From Octopus vulgaris (lineage: Eukaryota): DNA of 64,000 nucleotides. Positions within the stretch are counted from its first letter, which is position 1. Every line of letters starts with the position of its first letter. Below, piece by piece: positions 28,128 through 41,069 of this stretch. The stretch lies in contig OX597822.1 in the NCBI GenBank assembly GCA_951406725.2, positions 83,824,001-83,888,000 on the forward strand, in the 5' to 3' direction. Position numbers and translations under genes: made by a program. The notes beneath the pieces are model-generated. The model saw only the letters and a program-made list of their open reading frames with translations. It had not been told where the DNA came from and searched no databases.

Positions 28128-28239
28128 CACACAAGCACACATACACACAGACACACATACATGTATGCTTGTATGTCGGGATGTATAAATGTATGCATGA
28201 ACGTGTTTGTGCATCTGTGTGTATCTACATATATTTTGA

Positions 28240-28500
28240 ACTAAATCTGGCGAATAGGGTATGTACAGAAGCGATACCACATTGTTTTGGATGTGGAACT
28301 CACGAGTGAGGAGGGCTCGGTGGCAGGGTACATGATCGCTATGAAGAATCCAATTCGTCGCACTCCACCGATCCGGTCTCTTTCGCCGAATGCCCTCCCG
28401 CAAACGCTTCAAAACGTCGCAGTATAACTCTCGATTGACAGCCTGGCCCTGGGGGACGAAATCTTGATGCACAATGCCACATTTGCAAAGTAAACACAGC
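28240..28500 (-). pseudogene. Mariner transposase catalytic-domain fragment
   Basis: GIVHQDFVPQGQAVNRELYCDVLKRLREGIRRKRP...WILHSD..PCH...PYSPDL. Confidence 0.85.
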
Positions 28501-29408
28501 AATATTATTCGTACACTGCTTGATGAAGGTCACTGCAAGCCCTCACTGCGCACGCAACCGTGTGTTGCCATCTGCTGACGCGCTATATAACTAGTCCACA
28601 AACCACCTCAAGATATACAAATTTTAACCGTTATCGGTTTCTTAAAATACAGATATTTCTTGTCAATATTCTTTTGAAATTATTTCTGAAGTATCGAGTT
28701 TGATAAGACATGATTTAGATATTTTTAAACCATTTCCCGAACACTCAACGGAAATAGACTTTTGTTCCATTTATTGCAGTAAATATTTATAGAATGATTC
28801 CACATGAATATGGGTTAGAGATCATTGTCTAGGTTCAAAAATATTCGTTTGTGAAGAATTACCTGAAAAACAAAAGCGAAAAACGAAAAATGAAATTGTG
28901 TTGAGAGAAAATTCATCCTGCAAAACAATTATTTCAATTTCATTTATGATATATATAAATAAATGAGACTTCAGTACTAAAATAGTCCGTGTCCAAATAT
29001 GAGGGACAATCTGGATTAATGTACAGCATCAACAATAAATATATTTATAGCACAACTGAAAACGTTACTTGGATGATACACTGTTTCAACCAAGTTAATG
29101 AGTTCAAAAATTTCATTTATAATCTAAACAATATACTTCAATATAAATGAAGTACATTAAAAAAGGACCTTCTTGCTTGAACAAAGTTGTTATTAAAAGA
29201 GACACGGACAGCAAAACAGAAACCTACATCAAACTATGAAATTTAATTCCTGAAAAATTGTTCTTCTAATCCAAAATGAATCTAAGGTTAATGAAGGTAA
29301 ATAACTTCAAACATCAAAATATAACAGGAAAGAGAATAATCAGCAACATTAATCGATAACGGAACAGACCGTGCCAAACCGACCGATTATTCAGTAGCTG
29401 CAATGTCA

Positions 29409-29468
<60 letters not shown>

Positions 29469-29505
29469 GTATGTATGTATGTATGTATGTATGTATGTAT
29501 GTATG

Positions 29506-29552
<47 letters not shown>

Positions 29553-29555
<3 letters not shown>

Positions 29556-30230
29556 TGAGAAAGTTGGTGTGTGAAAGCACGTGGTTGAATATATAGAAAA
29601 TAGTAAAAAGTGAAAAAACTACAGAAGACTTGTTTTAAAAGGTTAAAAAATATATATTTGAGTCATTATGTCAGAAGAATGTTATAAATTTTTTTCATAC
29701 AGTGACATAGTTTTTGAAGAAATTACCGGTTTCGTGTTAACTTTTCAAATTTCTCAAAACATCGTGTTATGACTTCGTTATGAAGTGTAAAGAAGATTTC
29801 CAGGTAAGGGGAGGTAATAAGTGATTTCTTCCGGTGTAAGGGAGATAATCGCTTTATATTTCTTGCCTTTTTTACTTAATGGGGTGAGTTTCTCTGTATA
29901 AGAATGTTAGAGTGGTTGAGTTTGGGCTTATATTTTTCAATGAAGAATGTTTCCTTGTTTAGTCTAATTTGTGTTGGTGTTCCAATAGCACATTGATAAA
30001 ATGGAAAGATTAAAAATTGTGGTAGTAGTTGCTTTGCGCATTTCTCAATACGCTCACTAAAGGGTATCATTCTGTATTCTGGGAATGCAATCTGTTGGCG
30101 ATGCAGTGTGCATCTACGTCTGAGTGATAGTCCCGTGGACCCCACGTAGTTTTGGTGGCAGCCCGAGCATCTTATGACATAAATTTTTTCAGAAGCACAA
30201 GTAATTTTGATTTGATCTTGAATTTTTGTA
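29553..30230 (-). mobile_element. Penelope-like element 3' fragment: GIY-YIG endonuclease and pLTR with degenerate HHR
   Basis: ITCASEKIYVIRCSGCHQNYVGSTGLSLRRRCTLHRQQI...RLNKETFFIEKYKPKLN; HHR-like motif at 29710-29760 (UUGAAAA..GAAA-CCGG-UA with a long stem I); TA tracts on both sides. Confidence 0.85.
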
Positions 30231-30339
30231 CATATATCTACATATATGCACACATATATTTATATATACATATATATATGTATACGTATATGTAAATGTA
30301 TATATATAATTATATATACATATATACAGTTATATATAC

Positions 30340-30436
<97 letters not shown>

Positions 30437-30636
30437 TAGTTGAATGAATTATCTTATTAAGGATAATTCGAATTAACCGATACCTGGGTAGCAAATTCAC
30501 ATCAGAAAAAACACGGTTGAAGTTACGTGCCTAGGGCACAGATTACGTGCTTTCGTGTGGAAATTTGTATGTTTATTTTGAAAATATAAATATATGAAAG
30601 AATGGAGCTGAACGACGAATTAACAAAATTCCTGTA

Positions 30637-30719
30637 TTTTCGACATATGTTTCGAAGGCTGCATATTCCTAATTGCGAAGGAATAAGGAGTACATTATGC
30701 CGCTTTCTCATCAGGAAAA
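30637..30719 (-). ncRNA. Type I hammerhead ribozyme, canonical core
   Basis: Reverse complement UUUUC-CUGAUGA-GAAAGCGGCAUA...UAUGCAGCCUUC-GAAA-CAUAUG-UC-GAAAA; GUC cleavage triplet. Confidence 0.88.
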
Positions 30720-30826
30720 GCAAGGAACTTATGTCAACATCAAAATGCACATTACCGCTATGGGTTCCGTGTGAGCAATCATCTGAAAGTTTTTTGTGCA
30801 TTTTGATGTTGACATAAGTTCGTTGC

Positions 30827-30908
30827 TTTTCCTGATGAAAAGCGGCATAATGTATTCCTTATTCCTTCGCAATTAGGAATATGCAGCCTTCGAAACATAT
30901 GTCGAAAA
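30827..30908 (+). ncRNA. Type I hammerhead ribozyme (1-nt deletion at the base of stem II)
   Basis: TTTTC CTGATGA(30832-38) ... GAAA(30892-95) CATATG TC GAAAA. Confidence 0.85.
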
Positions 30909-30967
30909 TAAAGGAATTTTGTTAATTCGTCGTTCAGCTCCATTCTTTCATATATTTATATTTTCAA

Positions 30968-31014
<47 letters not shown>

Positions 31015-31523
31015 TATATATATATATATATATAATTATATATGTATACCTATACGTATATATAGACGCGTGATAGTATGTGCGCGCGTGTGTATGAATA
31101 CATATATGTACGCATACATCTATATATGTATTTATATATATTATACGCACAGGTTTTTTTGTTTTTACTTATTTAACTTCTTCCGTGGAAGGAACTGGTT
31201 TCTAACAAATATACAAGCTCAATCGTTGGAATGTAGACAACGAAACACAGTCATATATTAAACTTGAGAAAAGACTTGCATAATTTTACTGTTCCACTTA
31301 TTAGATGCATTTGTGACGGGTGAGTTAGATGGTAGATTTATTTTCTGAAAATCCAAGTATATACAGACTCTGGGTAAGTGATTTATGCACAACACCAAGT
31401 GATCCAGTTATTATTGGGATAAATGTAAATTTCTAATCTGGAGGTTTCGTTATTTATGTATGTATGTATGTATATGCAGATTTGTATGTTTTATGCATTT
31501 ATATATGCAAGTATGTATGTGCG

Positions 31524-31625
31524 TCGTTTTATTTCAAGATTTTTTGCCAATAGAGAAAGAGCCGGTTTCTAACCTACATCCAAGGCTCTTTCATCGGAAT
31601 TTCAACATCAACAGCAAGGTATATT
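31524..31625 (-). mobile_element. Solo 3' end of the R4/Dong-like element, next to (TATG)n
   Basis: Reverse complement matches 60511-60617. Confidence 0.75.
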
Positions 31626-31802
31626 TGTTGTATATATGCATGTATGTATGTATGTATGTATGTATGTATGTATGTATGTATGTATGTATGTATGTATGTA
31701 TGTATGCATATATATATGTTTGTATGTATGAAGAATTTAAATAAATAAAAGCAAAGAACATATACACATATATATGTGCGTATAAGTAACTATATATAAA
31801 TA

Positions 31803-33047
31803 CGAGGGACGTTAAATAAGTAATGCCTCTGACCCACTTGCAGTTGTTTGATGTAGCTGAAATTTTGCCTGTGCAATTATTTATATCTCTATAGATTACG
31901 TGGCGAATTACAGCTCTGAACTAATTGTGGTTTTTGATTTACAAGTGTTTGAACTGAGTCAAATATGAAATGGAGCCTGTTGAGTGTCGAGCAGTGATCC
32001 GGTTTTTGTATTTGAAAGGACGCACACCACGGGAGACTTTTGATGAAATGAGAGTAACTTATGGTGATAATGCTTCATCATATGACCTTGTAAAACGCTG
32101 GCATCGTGAATTCAAACATGGTCGGAACTCTGTGGAAACAGCCCCCAGATCTGGTCGCCTCCCAACTGCCATTGATGAGGCATCTGTCCATCAAGTTGAA
32201 GCTGCCATTTTGGAAGATCAACGCATAACTATTTGCCAAATAGCCCATGAGGTCAAGATTAGTACCGGGTCTGTGGAAACTATCATTCATGACCATTTGC
32301 ATATGCAAAAGGTGTCTGCCAGATGGATTCCCAGGTTGCTCACGCCTTTCCAGAAGCAAGAACGCGTCGAGTGCTCGAGGATGAATTTGGAGATGTGCCA
32401 AAAGATGAGTCAAAATTTTTCAAAAGACTGATTACACAGGATGAAACCTGGATCCATCACTATGATCTAGTGACCAAAGCCCAGTCAATGCAGTGGAAGC
32501 ACCGTGACTCACCTCCTCCAAAGAAAGCAAGGGTGCAGCCCTCCGCTGGCATGGTCATACTCACAGTCTTCTGGGACCAGGACGGAGTAGTGATGACAGA
32601 TTTCCTGGCAAATGTTACCACAATTACAGGAGCCTATTATGCTTCACTTTTGAGAAATTAAGAGAAGCTATCAAAATCAAGAGGTGGGGCAAGATCAGCA
32701 AAGGCATCCTCCTCCTGCAGGACCCTCAGAAGCGCAGGTGTGCGACTATGAACGCCTCCCCCATCCTCCTACTCTTCTGACCTTGCACCTCTTCCCAGCC
32801 ATGAAGTTGTTTTTGAAAGGAAAGCGTTTCCCAGATGATGCAGCCTTGATTTCTGAAGTCACGTCGTGGCTGGAGGACCAAGCTGGGGTCTTCTAGAAAA
32901 ACAGTCTCCAGGGCTGCATCAAACGATGGGAGAAATGCATAACTCTGGGTGGTTCCTATGTATAAAAAGACTAATAACTGTGCCAAGTTTCGTTACTCTA
33001 CTGCTATGCGAAGTGGGTCAGGGGCATTACTTATTGAACGCCCCTTG
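31803..33047 (+). mobile_element. Near full-length mariner transposon with TIRs and TA TSD
   Basis: TA-CGAGGGACGTTAAATAAGTAATGCCTCTGACCCACTT ... AAGTGGGTCAGGGGCATTACTTATTGAACGCCCCTTG-TA. Confidence 0.95.
31970..32975 (+). pseudogene. Mariner transposase, frameshifted and with deletions
   Basis: CRAVIRFL HTH, VSARWIPRLLT, ITQDETWIHHYD, VFWDQDGV, KRWEKCI; frameshift near 32400, deletions around the second Asp and the YSPDL motif, in-frame stops. Confidence 0.92.
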
Positions 33048-33314
33048 TACATATACAGATGTATACGTACATACATGTATACATATCTACATAGACACAC
33101 ATACGCACACACAGATATACACACATATGTGCATGTATGTCTATGTATGTATATATATGTATGTATGCATGCGTGTGTGTGCGCGTGCGTTGGTGCATGT
33201 TTTCTTATATTTTCCCACTTTTTCCGAACCACTGCTACATGTTTAGAGATTTCAATTTTCTTTTCAAAAATGAGTAATTTTTATTGCATGACTTCATGCC
33301 ACATAATGGTTTAA

Positions 33315-33475
33315 GGTTTTAGAATAAGGTCAGCAATTTGAAAGGGAAGGATTAATTAGATACCATGACCGCGGGACGATGAGAGGCAAACTTGACTTCG
33401 GTGGCATTTGAACCCGGCTCGTAACGACGGAAGAAATGCCGCGAAGCATTTTATCCGGCGTGCTAACGATTCCGC
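33315..33475 (-). mobile_element. SINE family A remnant
   Basis: Reverse complement of GAATCGTTAGCACGCCGG...GGTTCAAATGCC head. Confidence 0.6.
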
Positions 33476-33923
33476 ATTTTCATGTCGCATGTTAATATGC
33501 AGTGCGTACATACATACAAATAAACATACATGCAGGCATACATATATACATATATTTGAGCGTGCGATTGTGTATGTGGGTGACATACAAATACAAAACC
33601 CGTCATACACAAGCAAGTATGACATGTTAGGTATAACACGCTTTCACTTACATTCTTAGATGCCTATTTAGTCACAAGCCGACAATGATACACATTCAGC
33701 TCTCATTCCCATGTTGGACAAGCAGAACATGTAGAATATGACAACTGTGCTGGAGTGAGTGATGCAGCTCATTTCGGCTAACAATGCTAGCATTAAGAGA
33801 AATTCTGTTCCTTGCTCAAAGAAACAATGCAATACCCGTTACAAGAATAGAACACAGCACCTTCTGATCGCAGACTAACCACATTAAGCATTAGAGCATA
33901 ATATATATTATAACTCTGGAGAT

Positions 33924-35357
33924 GTGAATACTATACTCCAGAGTATCCTGGACTCAATATGGGCAGCATGTGCAGCATCAGTGCCACGTAAACAAAAAAA
34001 GAAGAACCGCCCCAAAAGGGCAATTTGGGAAACTTCAGCGGTCCGACTTGCCAGGAGGGAACGTCGGACTGCTGAACGGGAATACAGGTTGCATAAATCA
34101 GACACCAACAGGAAGAAGCGGAATAAATCCTCCAACCATCTCAAGCAGGTGACAAAAAAGGCAGTGCTTGAATTTGAACAGTGCATAGCAGCCAATCCTG
34201 ACAGCAAGGTTTTCTGGAAATATGTGCACTCAAAGCAGAGACCTCACTCTCCAGTGGGCCCTCTTCGCAACCCTCACACAAACCAGATCACTGACGACCC
34301 CAAGGAATGCGCAGAACTCATTGCCGAGTGCTATGCAAACATATTCACTGTTGAAAGTCAAAATGTACCATCTTCACCATCACTAACAGCAAACTCCATA
34401 ACAACTATGGAATTTACACCTGCAATGCTGCGACGTCACCTTCAAAATAAGCGCAACTATGCCTCCCCTGGTCTCGATGGAGTTACATACCTGCTTCTCA
34501 AACGTGGCAGGCACTTCCTTTTACACCAGCTTTCTATTTTCTTCCAGTACTGTCTCAACAATGGTGCTACTCCGGAGCAGTGGAAAACTGCCAGTGTCAT
34601 TCCTCTGTTCAAAAAGGGCGACCGCACATCACCTGTCAACTATCGCCCAGTCAGTCTCACTAGCTGTATTGCAAAACTGATGGAATCGTGTGTCAGAGAA
34701 ACACTCTGGAACTTCTGGAGCTCTCACAGTCTCATCCGACCCTCACAATATGGATTTGTCCCTAACTCCAGCTGCAGTGACCAGCTTGTCGAGTTCCTTG
34801 AGGACATTACTCAGATTACTGACAGTGGCTCATGGGTGGATGTTGTCTACCTTGACTTTGCTAAGGCTTTCAACTCTGTGCCACACAAAAGGCTTATGGT
34901 GAAACTCTCTGCAATGGGTGTGGGGGATGACCTTTTTAACTGGTTGAAATCCTTCATCCTCAGCCGAAAGGAGGTAGTCACAGTTCTAGGACAGCACTCT
35001 ACACCATATGAGATGTCATCGGGTGTACCACAGGGATCTGTCCTTGGTCCCCTCTTGTTTGTGGCATACATTAACGACATAGATGCCAATTTAAAGAATG
35101 CCACAGTATTGAAATATGCAGACGACATCAAGCTGTACCTTGAAATCAAGAGGACAGATCCTGATGTCTACAACTCTTTCCTGCAATCAGACGTGAACAA
35201 AAAAAGAAGAACCGCCCCAAAAGGGCAATTTGGGAAACTTCAGCGGTCCGACTTGCCAGGAGGGAACGTCGGACTGCTGAACGGGAATACAGGTTGCATA
35301 AATCAGACACCAACAGGAAGAAGCGGAATAAATCCTCCAACCATCTCAAGCAGGTGA
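33924..35357 (+). CDS. CR1 ORF2 RT fragment (first duplicate copy, runs out of frame at the duplication junction)
   Basis: Stop-free 477-aa ORF with RT motifs up to YADD. Confidence 0.8.
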   Translation: MNTILQSILDSIWAACAASVPRKQKKKNRPKRAIWETSAVRLARRERRTAEREYRLHKSDTNRKKRNKSSNHLKQVTKKAVLEFEQCIAANPDSKVFWKYVHSKQRPHSPVGPLRNPHTNQITDDPKECAELIAECYANIFTVESQNVPSSPSLTANSITTMEFTPAMLRRHLQNKRNYASPGLDGVTYLLLKRGRHFLLHQLSIFFQYCLNNGATPEQWKTASVIPLFKKGDRTSPVNYRPVSLTSCIAKLMESCVRETLWNFWSSHSLIRPSQYGFVPNSSCSDQLVEFLEDITQITDSGSWVDVVYLDFAKAFNSVPHKRLMVKLSAMGVGDDLFNWLKSFILSRKEVVTVLGQHSTPYEMSSGVPQGSVLGPLLFVAYINDIDANLKNATVLKYADDIKLYLEIKRTDPDVYNSFLQSDVNKKRRTAPKGQFGKLQRSDLPGGNVGLLNGNTGCINQTPTGRSGINPPTISSR

Positions 35358-36395
35358 CAAAAAAGGCAGTGCTTGAATTTGAACAGTGCATAGCAGCCAA
35401 TCCTGACAGCAAGGTTTTCTGGAAATATGTGCACTCAAAGCAGAGACCTCACTCTCCAGTGGGCCCTCTTCGCCACCCTCACACAAACCAGATCACTGAC
35501 GACCCCAAGGAATGCGCAGAACTCATTGCCGAGTGCTATGCAAACATATTCACTGTTGAAAGTCAAAATGTACCATCTTCACCATCACTAACAGCAAACT
35601 CCATAACAACTATGGAATTTACACCTGCAATGCTGCGACGTCACCTTCAAAATAAGCGCAACTATGCCTCCCCTGGTCTCGATGGAGTTACATACCTGCT
35701 TCTCAAACGTGGCAGGCACTTCCTTTTACACCAGCTTTCTATTTTCTTCCAGTACTGTCTCAACAATGGTGCTACTCCGGAGCAGTGGAAAACTGCCAGT
35801 GTCATTCCTCTGTTCAAAAAGGGCGACCGCACATCACCTGTCAACTATCGCCCAGTCAGTCTCACTAGCTGTATTGCAAAACTGATGGAATCGTGTGTCA
35901 GAGAAACACTCTGGAACTTCTGGAGCTCTCACAGTCTCATCCGACCCTCACAATATGGATTTGTCCCTAACTCCAGCTGCAGTGACCAGCTTGTCGAGTT
36001 CCTTGAGGACATTACTCAGATTACTGACAGTGGCTCATGGGTGGATGTTGTCTACCTTGACTTTGCTAAGGCTTTCAACTCTGTGCCACACAAAAGGCTT
36101 ATGGTGAAACTCTCTGCAATGGGTGTGGGGGATGACCTTTTTAACTGGTTGAAATCCTTCATCCTCAGCCGAAAGGAGGTAGTCACAGTTCTAGGACAGC
36201 ACTCTACACCATATGAGATGTCATCGGGTGTACCACAGGGATCTGTCCTTGGTCCCCTCTTGTTTGTGGCATACATTAACGACATAGATGCCAATTTAAA
36301 GAATGCCACAGTATTGAAATATGCAGACGACATCAAGCTGTACCTTGAAATCAAGAGGACAGATCCTGATGTCTACAACTCTTTCCTGCAATCAG
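33986..36395 (+). repeat. 1205-bp tandem duplication (33986-35190 / 35191-36395)
   Basis: Constant 1205 offset; only two differences seen (33990/35195 and 34269/35474); AC microhomology at the junction. Confidence 0.95.
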
Positions 36396-37131
36396 ACCTA
36401 GACACAATGCAGCAATGGATCACAGACTGGCAACTGAAACTGGCTGTGGACAAGTGTACCACCATGCATTTTGGGAGAAAAACCCTGCGTTCACATACTC
36501 CCTCCACAACACTGATATCAAGAAATCCTCTTGTGAGCGTGACCTAGGCATCACTGTCAGCAGTGATTTGCGTTGGTCAAAGCATATCTCTAAGATTGTC
36601 AGGAAGGCCGAGGGTGTCTTGGCATCACTCAGCAGGTCTTTTGTTAGCCGCTCTCCAGCCATCTATTTAAAACTGTATACAGCTATGGTACGACCACACT
36701 TGGAATTCGCATCATCAGTTTGGAACCCCTATCTTGCACAGAACATTGACCTCCTGGAATCTGTCCAGAGACGTGCAACCAAACGCATACCCTCCATCAG
36801 ACACCTACCATATTCTGAGCGCCTTGTTTCCCTGGGCATGGATTCACTGAAGCTCCGGCGTTTGGCGACGGACTTGGTAAACACCCACAAAGTTATCAAC
36901 CACCTCACCAACAACAACACTGAACACCTTTTTGATCTCCATGTGTCTAACACACGTGGACATGCCTACAAAGTCAGAAAACAATACAGCTCCCATGACT
37001 TTCGGAAACATTTTTTCACGCTCAGAGTTGCTGAAGCATGGAATAAACTGCCTGCGTCAGTTGTTGACTGCCATGACACTGCATCTTTTAAGGCCCTCAT
37101 GCTTTCCGAAATCCGCCGAAACTACACCTGA
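35294..37131 (+). pseudogene. CR1 ORF2 RT and C-terminus (second copy), single -1 frameshift in the A-run near 36480
   Basis: ORFs 35294-36547 and 36415-37131 join as GRKNPAFTY if one A is added. Confidence 0.85.
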
Positions 37132-37495
37132 TTATATATACACTTTAGATGAGTTGTAGTGCACCTGAGCACTGTACACAATTATTATTATTATTATTAT
37201 TATTAAACAACAGGATTTAATGAATTTTTTTCTCTCTCGTAATTACAACAAATTAGAAATAAGCAAGGGAGTTTACACAAACCGTTTAATTAGTTGATAA
37301 CGTATCGTTCGTAGGTGCGTGTGTGTATTTATATATATATATCTATATATTTATATATATATATATCTAATATTTATATATATATATCTATATATTTATA
37401 TATATATATATATCTATATATTTATATATATATATCTATATATTTATATATATATATCTATATATTTATATATGTATGTCTATATATTTATATAT

Positions 37496-37544
37496 AGGCG
37501 CAGGAATGGATTTGGTAGACGGAAACTGAAAGAAGCCTGTCGTA

Positions 37545-37594
<50 letters not shown>

Positions 37595-37776
37595 CTTGTG
37601 TGTCTGTGTTTGTCCCCCTAGCATAGCTTGACAACCGATGCTGGTGTGTTTACGTCCCCGTCACTTAGAGACCGATAGAATAAGAACTGGGCTTACAAAG
37701 AATAAGTCCCGGGGTCGATTTGCTCGACTGTATGGCCGCTGTCAAAATGACTGAAACAAGTAAAAGAGTAAAAGAG
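37496..37776 (+). mobile_element. SINE family B with internal deletion of the head
   Basis: GGCGCAGGA joined directly to TGGATTTGGTAGACGG; tail present. Confidence 0.8.
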
Positions 37777-37866
37777 TATATATATATATATATATATATA
37801 TACTCGTACGTACGTACACACATGCATATATACATACTTACGTCTCTCTGTATGTATGTCAATATA

Positions 37867-37908
<42 letters not shown>

Positions 37909-38055
37909 GGTACTTTAACTTAAGTACCATATGTATGTATATATATATATATATATGTATATATATACATACAAAAATATATATACATATATGTGTGTGT
38001 ATGTATATATATACATACATATACACACACAAATATCTATAAATAAATACATATG

Positions 38056-38090
<35 letters not shown>

Positions 38091-38411
38091 TTGTATGTAT
38101 ATATATATACATATATATATACATGCATATGTATTTATATATAGATATTTGTGTGTGTATATATCTGTATATATATACATATATATAATGTATATATATA
38201 TATTGATTGAATTACAATAATCGTAATTTAACTTCTATCCAATTCTTTGGTGTCAAATTCCAGCAGCGGTTGTGCGGGTAGGAAAGAAATTTACCGCTCA
38301 ACCACACAGCCCAGGGTTCGGTCCTTATAACTGTATGGGAATAGGCGTGGGCCCACTACAGATTTTTTGAGTTGTTTTGGTGGAAAAGACCTGAAAGAAG
38401 CTCAACGCGCG

Positions 38412-38421
38412 TGTGTGTATG

Positions 38422-38460
<39 letters not shown>

Positions 38461-39012
38461 ATATATATGTGTGTATATATATAATGTGTATATATATATA
38501 TGTATATATATATATGTGTATATATATATGTGTATATATATAATGTGTATATATATAATGTGTATATATATAATGTGTATATATATAATGTGTATATATA
38601 TAATGTGTATATATATAATGTATATATATATATAATGTATATATATATATAATGTGTATATATATAATGTATATATATATAATGTATATATATATGTGTA
38701 TATATATATGTGTATATATATGTGTATATATATATGTGTATATATATAATGTATATATATATAATGTGTATATATATAATGTGTATATATATGTGTATAT
38801 ATATAATGTGTATATATATAATGTATATATATATAATGTGTATATATATAATGTATATATATATAATGTATATATATATAATGTGTATATATATAATGTG
38901 TATATGTATATATGTGTATATGTATATATGTATATATGTATATATGTATATATGTATATAATGTGTATATATATATATGTATAATGTATATATGTATATA
39001 ATGTGTAAATAT
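38412..39012. repeat. TA-derived minisatellite (ATATATAATGTGT-like units)
   Basis: Directly visible. Confidence 0.9.
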
Positions 39013-39015
39013 ATA

Positions 39016-39178
39016 GGCGCAGGAGTGGCTGTGTGGTAAGTAGCTTGCTAACCAACCACACGGTTCTGGGTTCAATCCCACTGCGTGGCATCTTGGGCAA
39101 GTGTCTTCTGCTATAGCCCCGGGCCGACCAATGCCTTGTGAGTGGATTTGGTAGACGGAAACTGAAAAAAGCCTGTCG

Positions 39179-39215
<37 letters not shown>

Positions 39216-39434
39216 GTGTGTTTGTATGTCTGTGTTTGTCCCCCTAGCATTGCTTGACAACTGATGCTGGTGTGTGTTTACGTCCCCGTCATCTAGCGGT
39301 TAGGCAAAAGAGACCGATAGAATAAGTACTGGGCTTACAAAAGAATAAGTCCCGGGGTCGATTTGCTCGACTAAAGGCGGTGCTCCAGCATGGCCGCAGT
39401 CAAATGACTGAAACAAGTAAAAGAGTAAAGAGAG
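39016..39434 (+). mobile_element. SINE family B, well-preserved full-length copy
   Basis: GGCGCAGGAGTGGCTGTGTGGTAAG...GGTTCAATCCC...tail GAAACAAGTAAAAGAGTAAAGAGAG. Confidence 0.93.
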
Positions 39435-39461
39435 TATATATATAACGTATATATGTATATA

Positions 39462-39489
<28 letters not shown>

Positions 39490-39494
<5 letters not shown>

Positions 39495-39768
39495 TATAAT
39501 TAAAGGTTAATTGCAACACGATGCTCAAAACCACACACCGAAAATATTAGAAATAGCAGCCAAAATTGACCACTATTTCCTCTACTAATAAGAAGGCTGG
39601 GATTTCGTTATATTCTTCCTTTTTTGCCATATACAGGTTACGAATTCTGTTTGTTTGTGGAGACTTTTTATTAGTAGAGGACATAGCGGTCAATTTTGGC
39701 TGCTATTTCTAATATTTTCGGTGTGTGGTTTTGAGCAACTTGTTGCAATTAACCCTTAATTATAATTA
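39490..39768. repeat. ~108-bp inverted repeat between TA tracts
   Basis: 39490-39598 pairs with 39661-39768 (e.g. CCGAAAATATTAGAAATAGCAGCCAAAATTGACC / GGTCAATTTTGGCTGCTATTTCTAATATTTTCGG). Confidence 0.9.
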
Positions 39769-39871
39769 TTATAACCCTTACCAAATATGGTCTTTTCCAT
39801 ACCGATAAATCTACTAGGTGAAATTGATGAATTTTATTAAATTAATTATATTCCACCCTTTTTTGCATAGC

Positions 39872-40750
<879 letters not shown>

Positions 40751-41069
40751 CGACGGCGACGTCGTTGCTGGCTGAAACTTCGAAGTCACTGTCAACAGCA
40801 GCATTCCTGTATCAGAATTGTATACTTGTACTCTACAACAATGTAGAGTACGTACACACAGATTTTAACTTATTTCATATCGCTTATATTATGACTGAAC
40901 ATAAAAGGAGCATTTACATGTGTGTGTGTTTGCGTTTATCCCATACCACCGCTGTTGGTTTCTTTACGTTCCAGCAGCTGTGGTGGCTGTGTGGTAAGTA
41001 GCTTGCTTCCCAACCAAATAGTTCTGGGTTCAGTCCCACTGCGTAGGCACATACATACATATATATATT

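Larger units (their letters stand above)
30573..30972. repeat. Near-perfect ~179-bp inverted repeat (30573-30751 / 30795-30972)
   Basis: Arms are reverse complements with only a few differences; 43-nt spacer. Confidence 0.95.
33910..37204 (+). mobile_element. Young 5'-truncated CR1-clade LINE with internal tandem duplication and (ATT)n tail
   Basis: RT motifs YRPVSLTS, QYGF, YLDFAKAFNSVPH, GVPQGSVLGPLLF, YADD; C-terminus VRPHLEF..VWNPY..LESVQRRATK..TRGH..FFTLRV..WNKLP; no APE domain; (ATT)n at 37180-37204. Confidence 0.95.

Noticed and set aside
38412-39012. Regularly spaced repeat units suggestive of an array
   Set aside because: No unique spacers; a TA-derived minisatellite in eukaryotic DNA, not CRISPR
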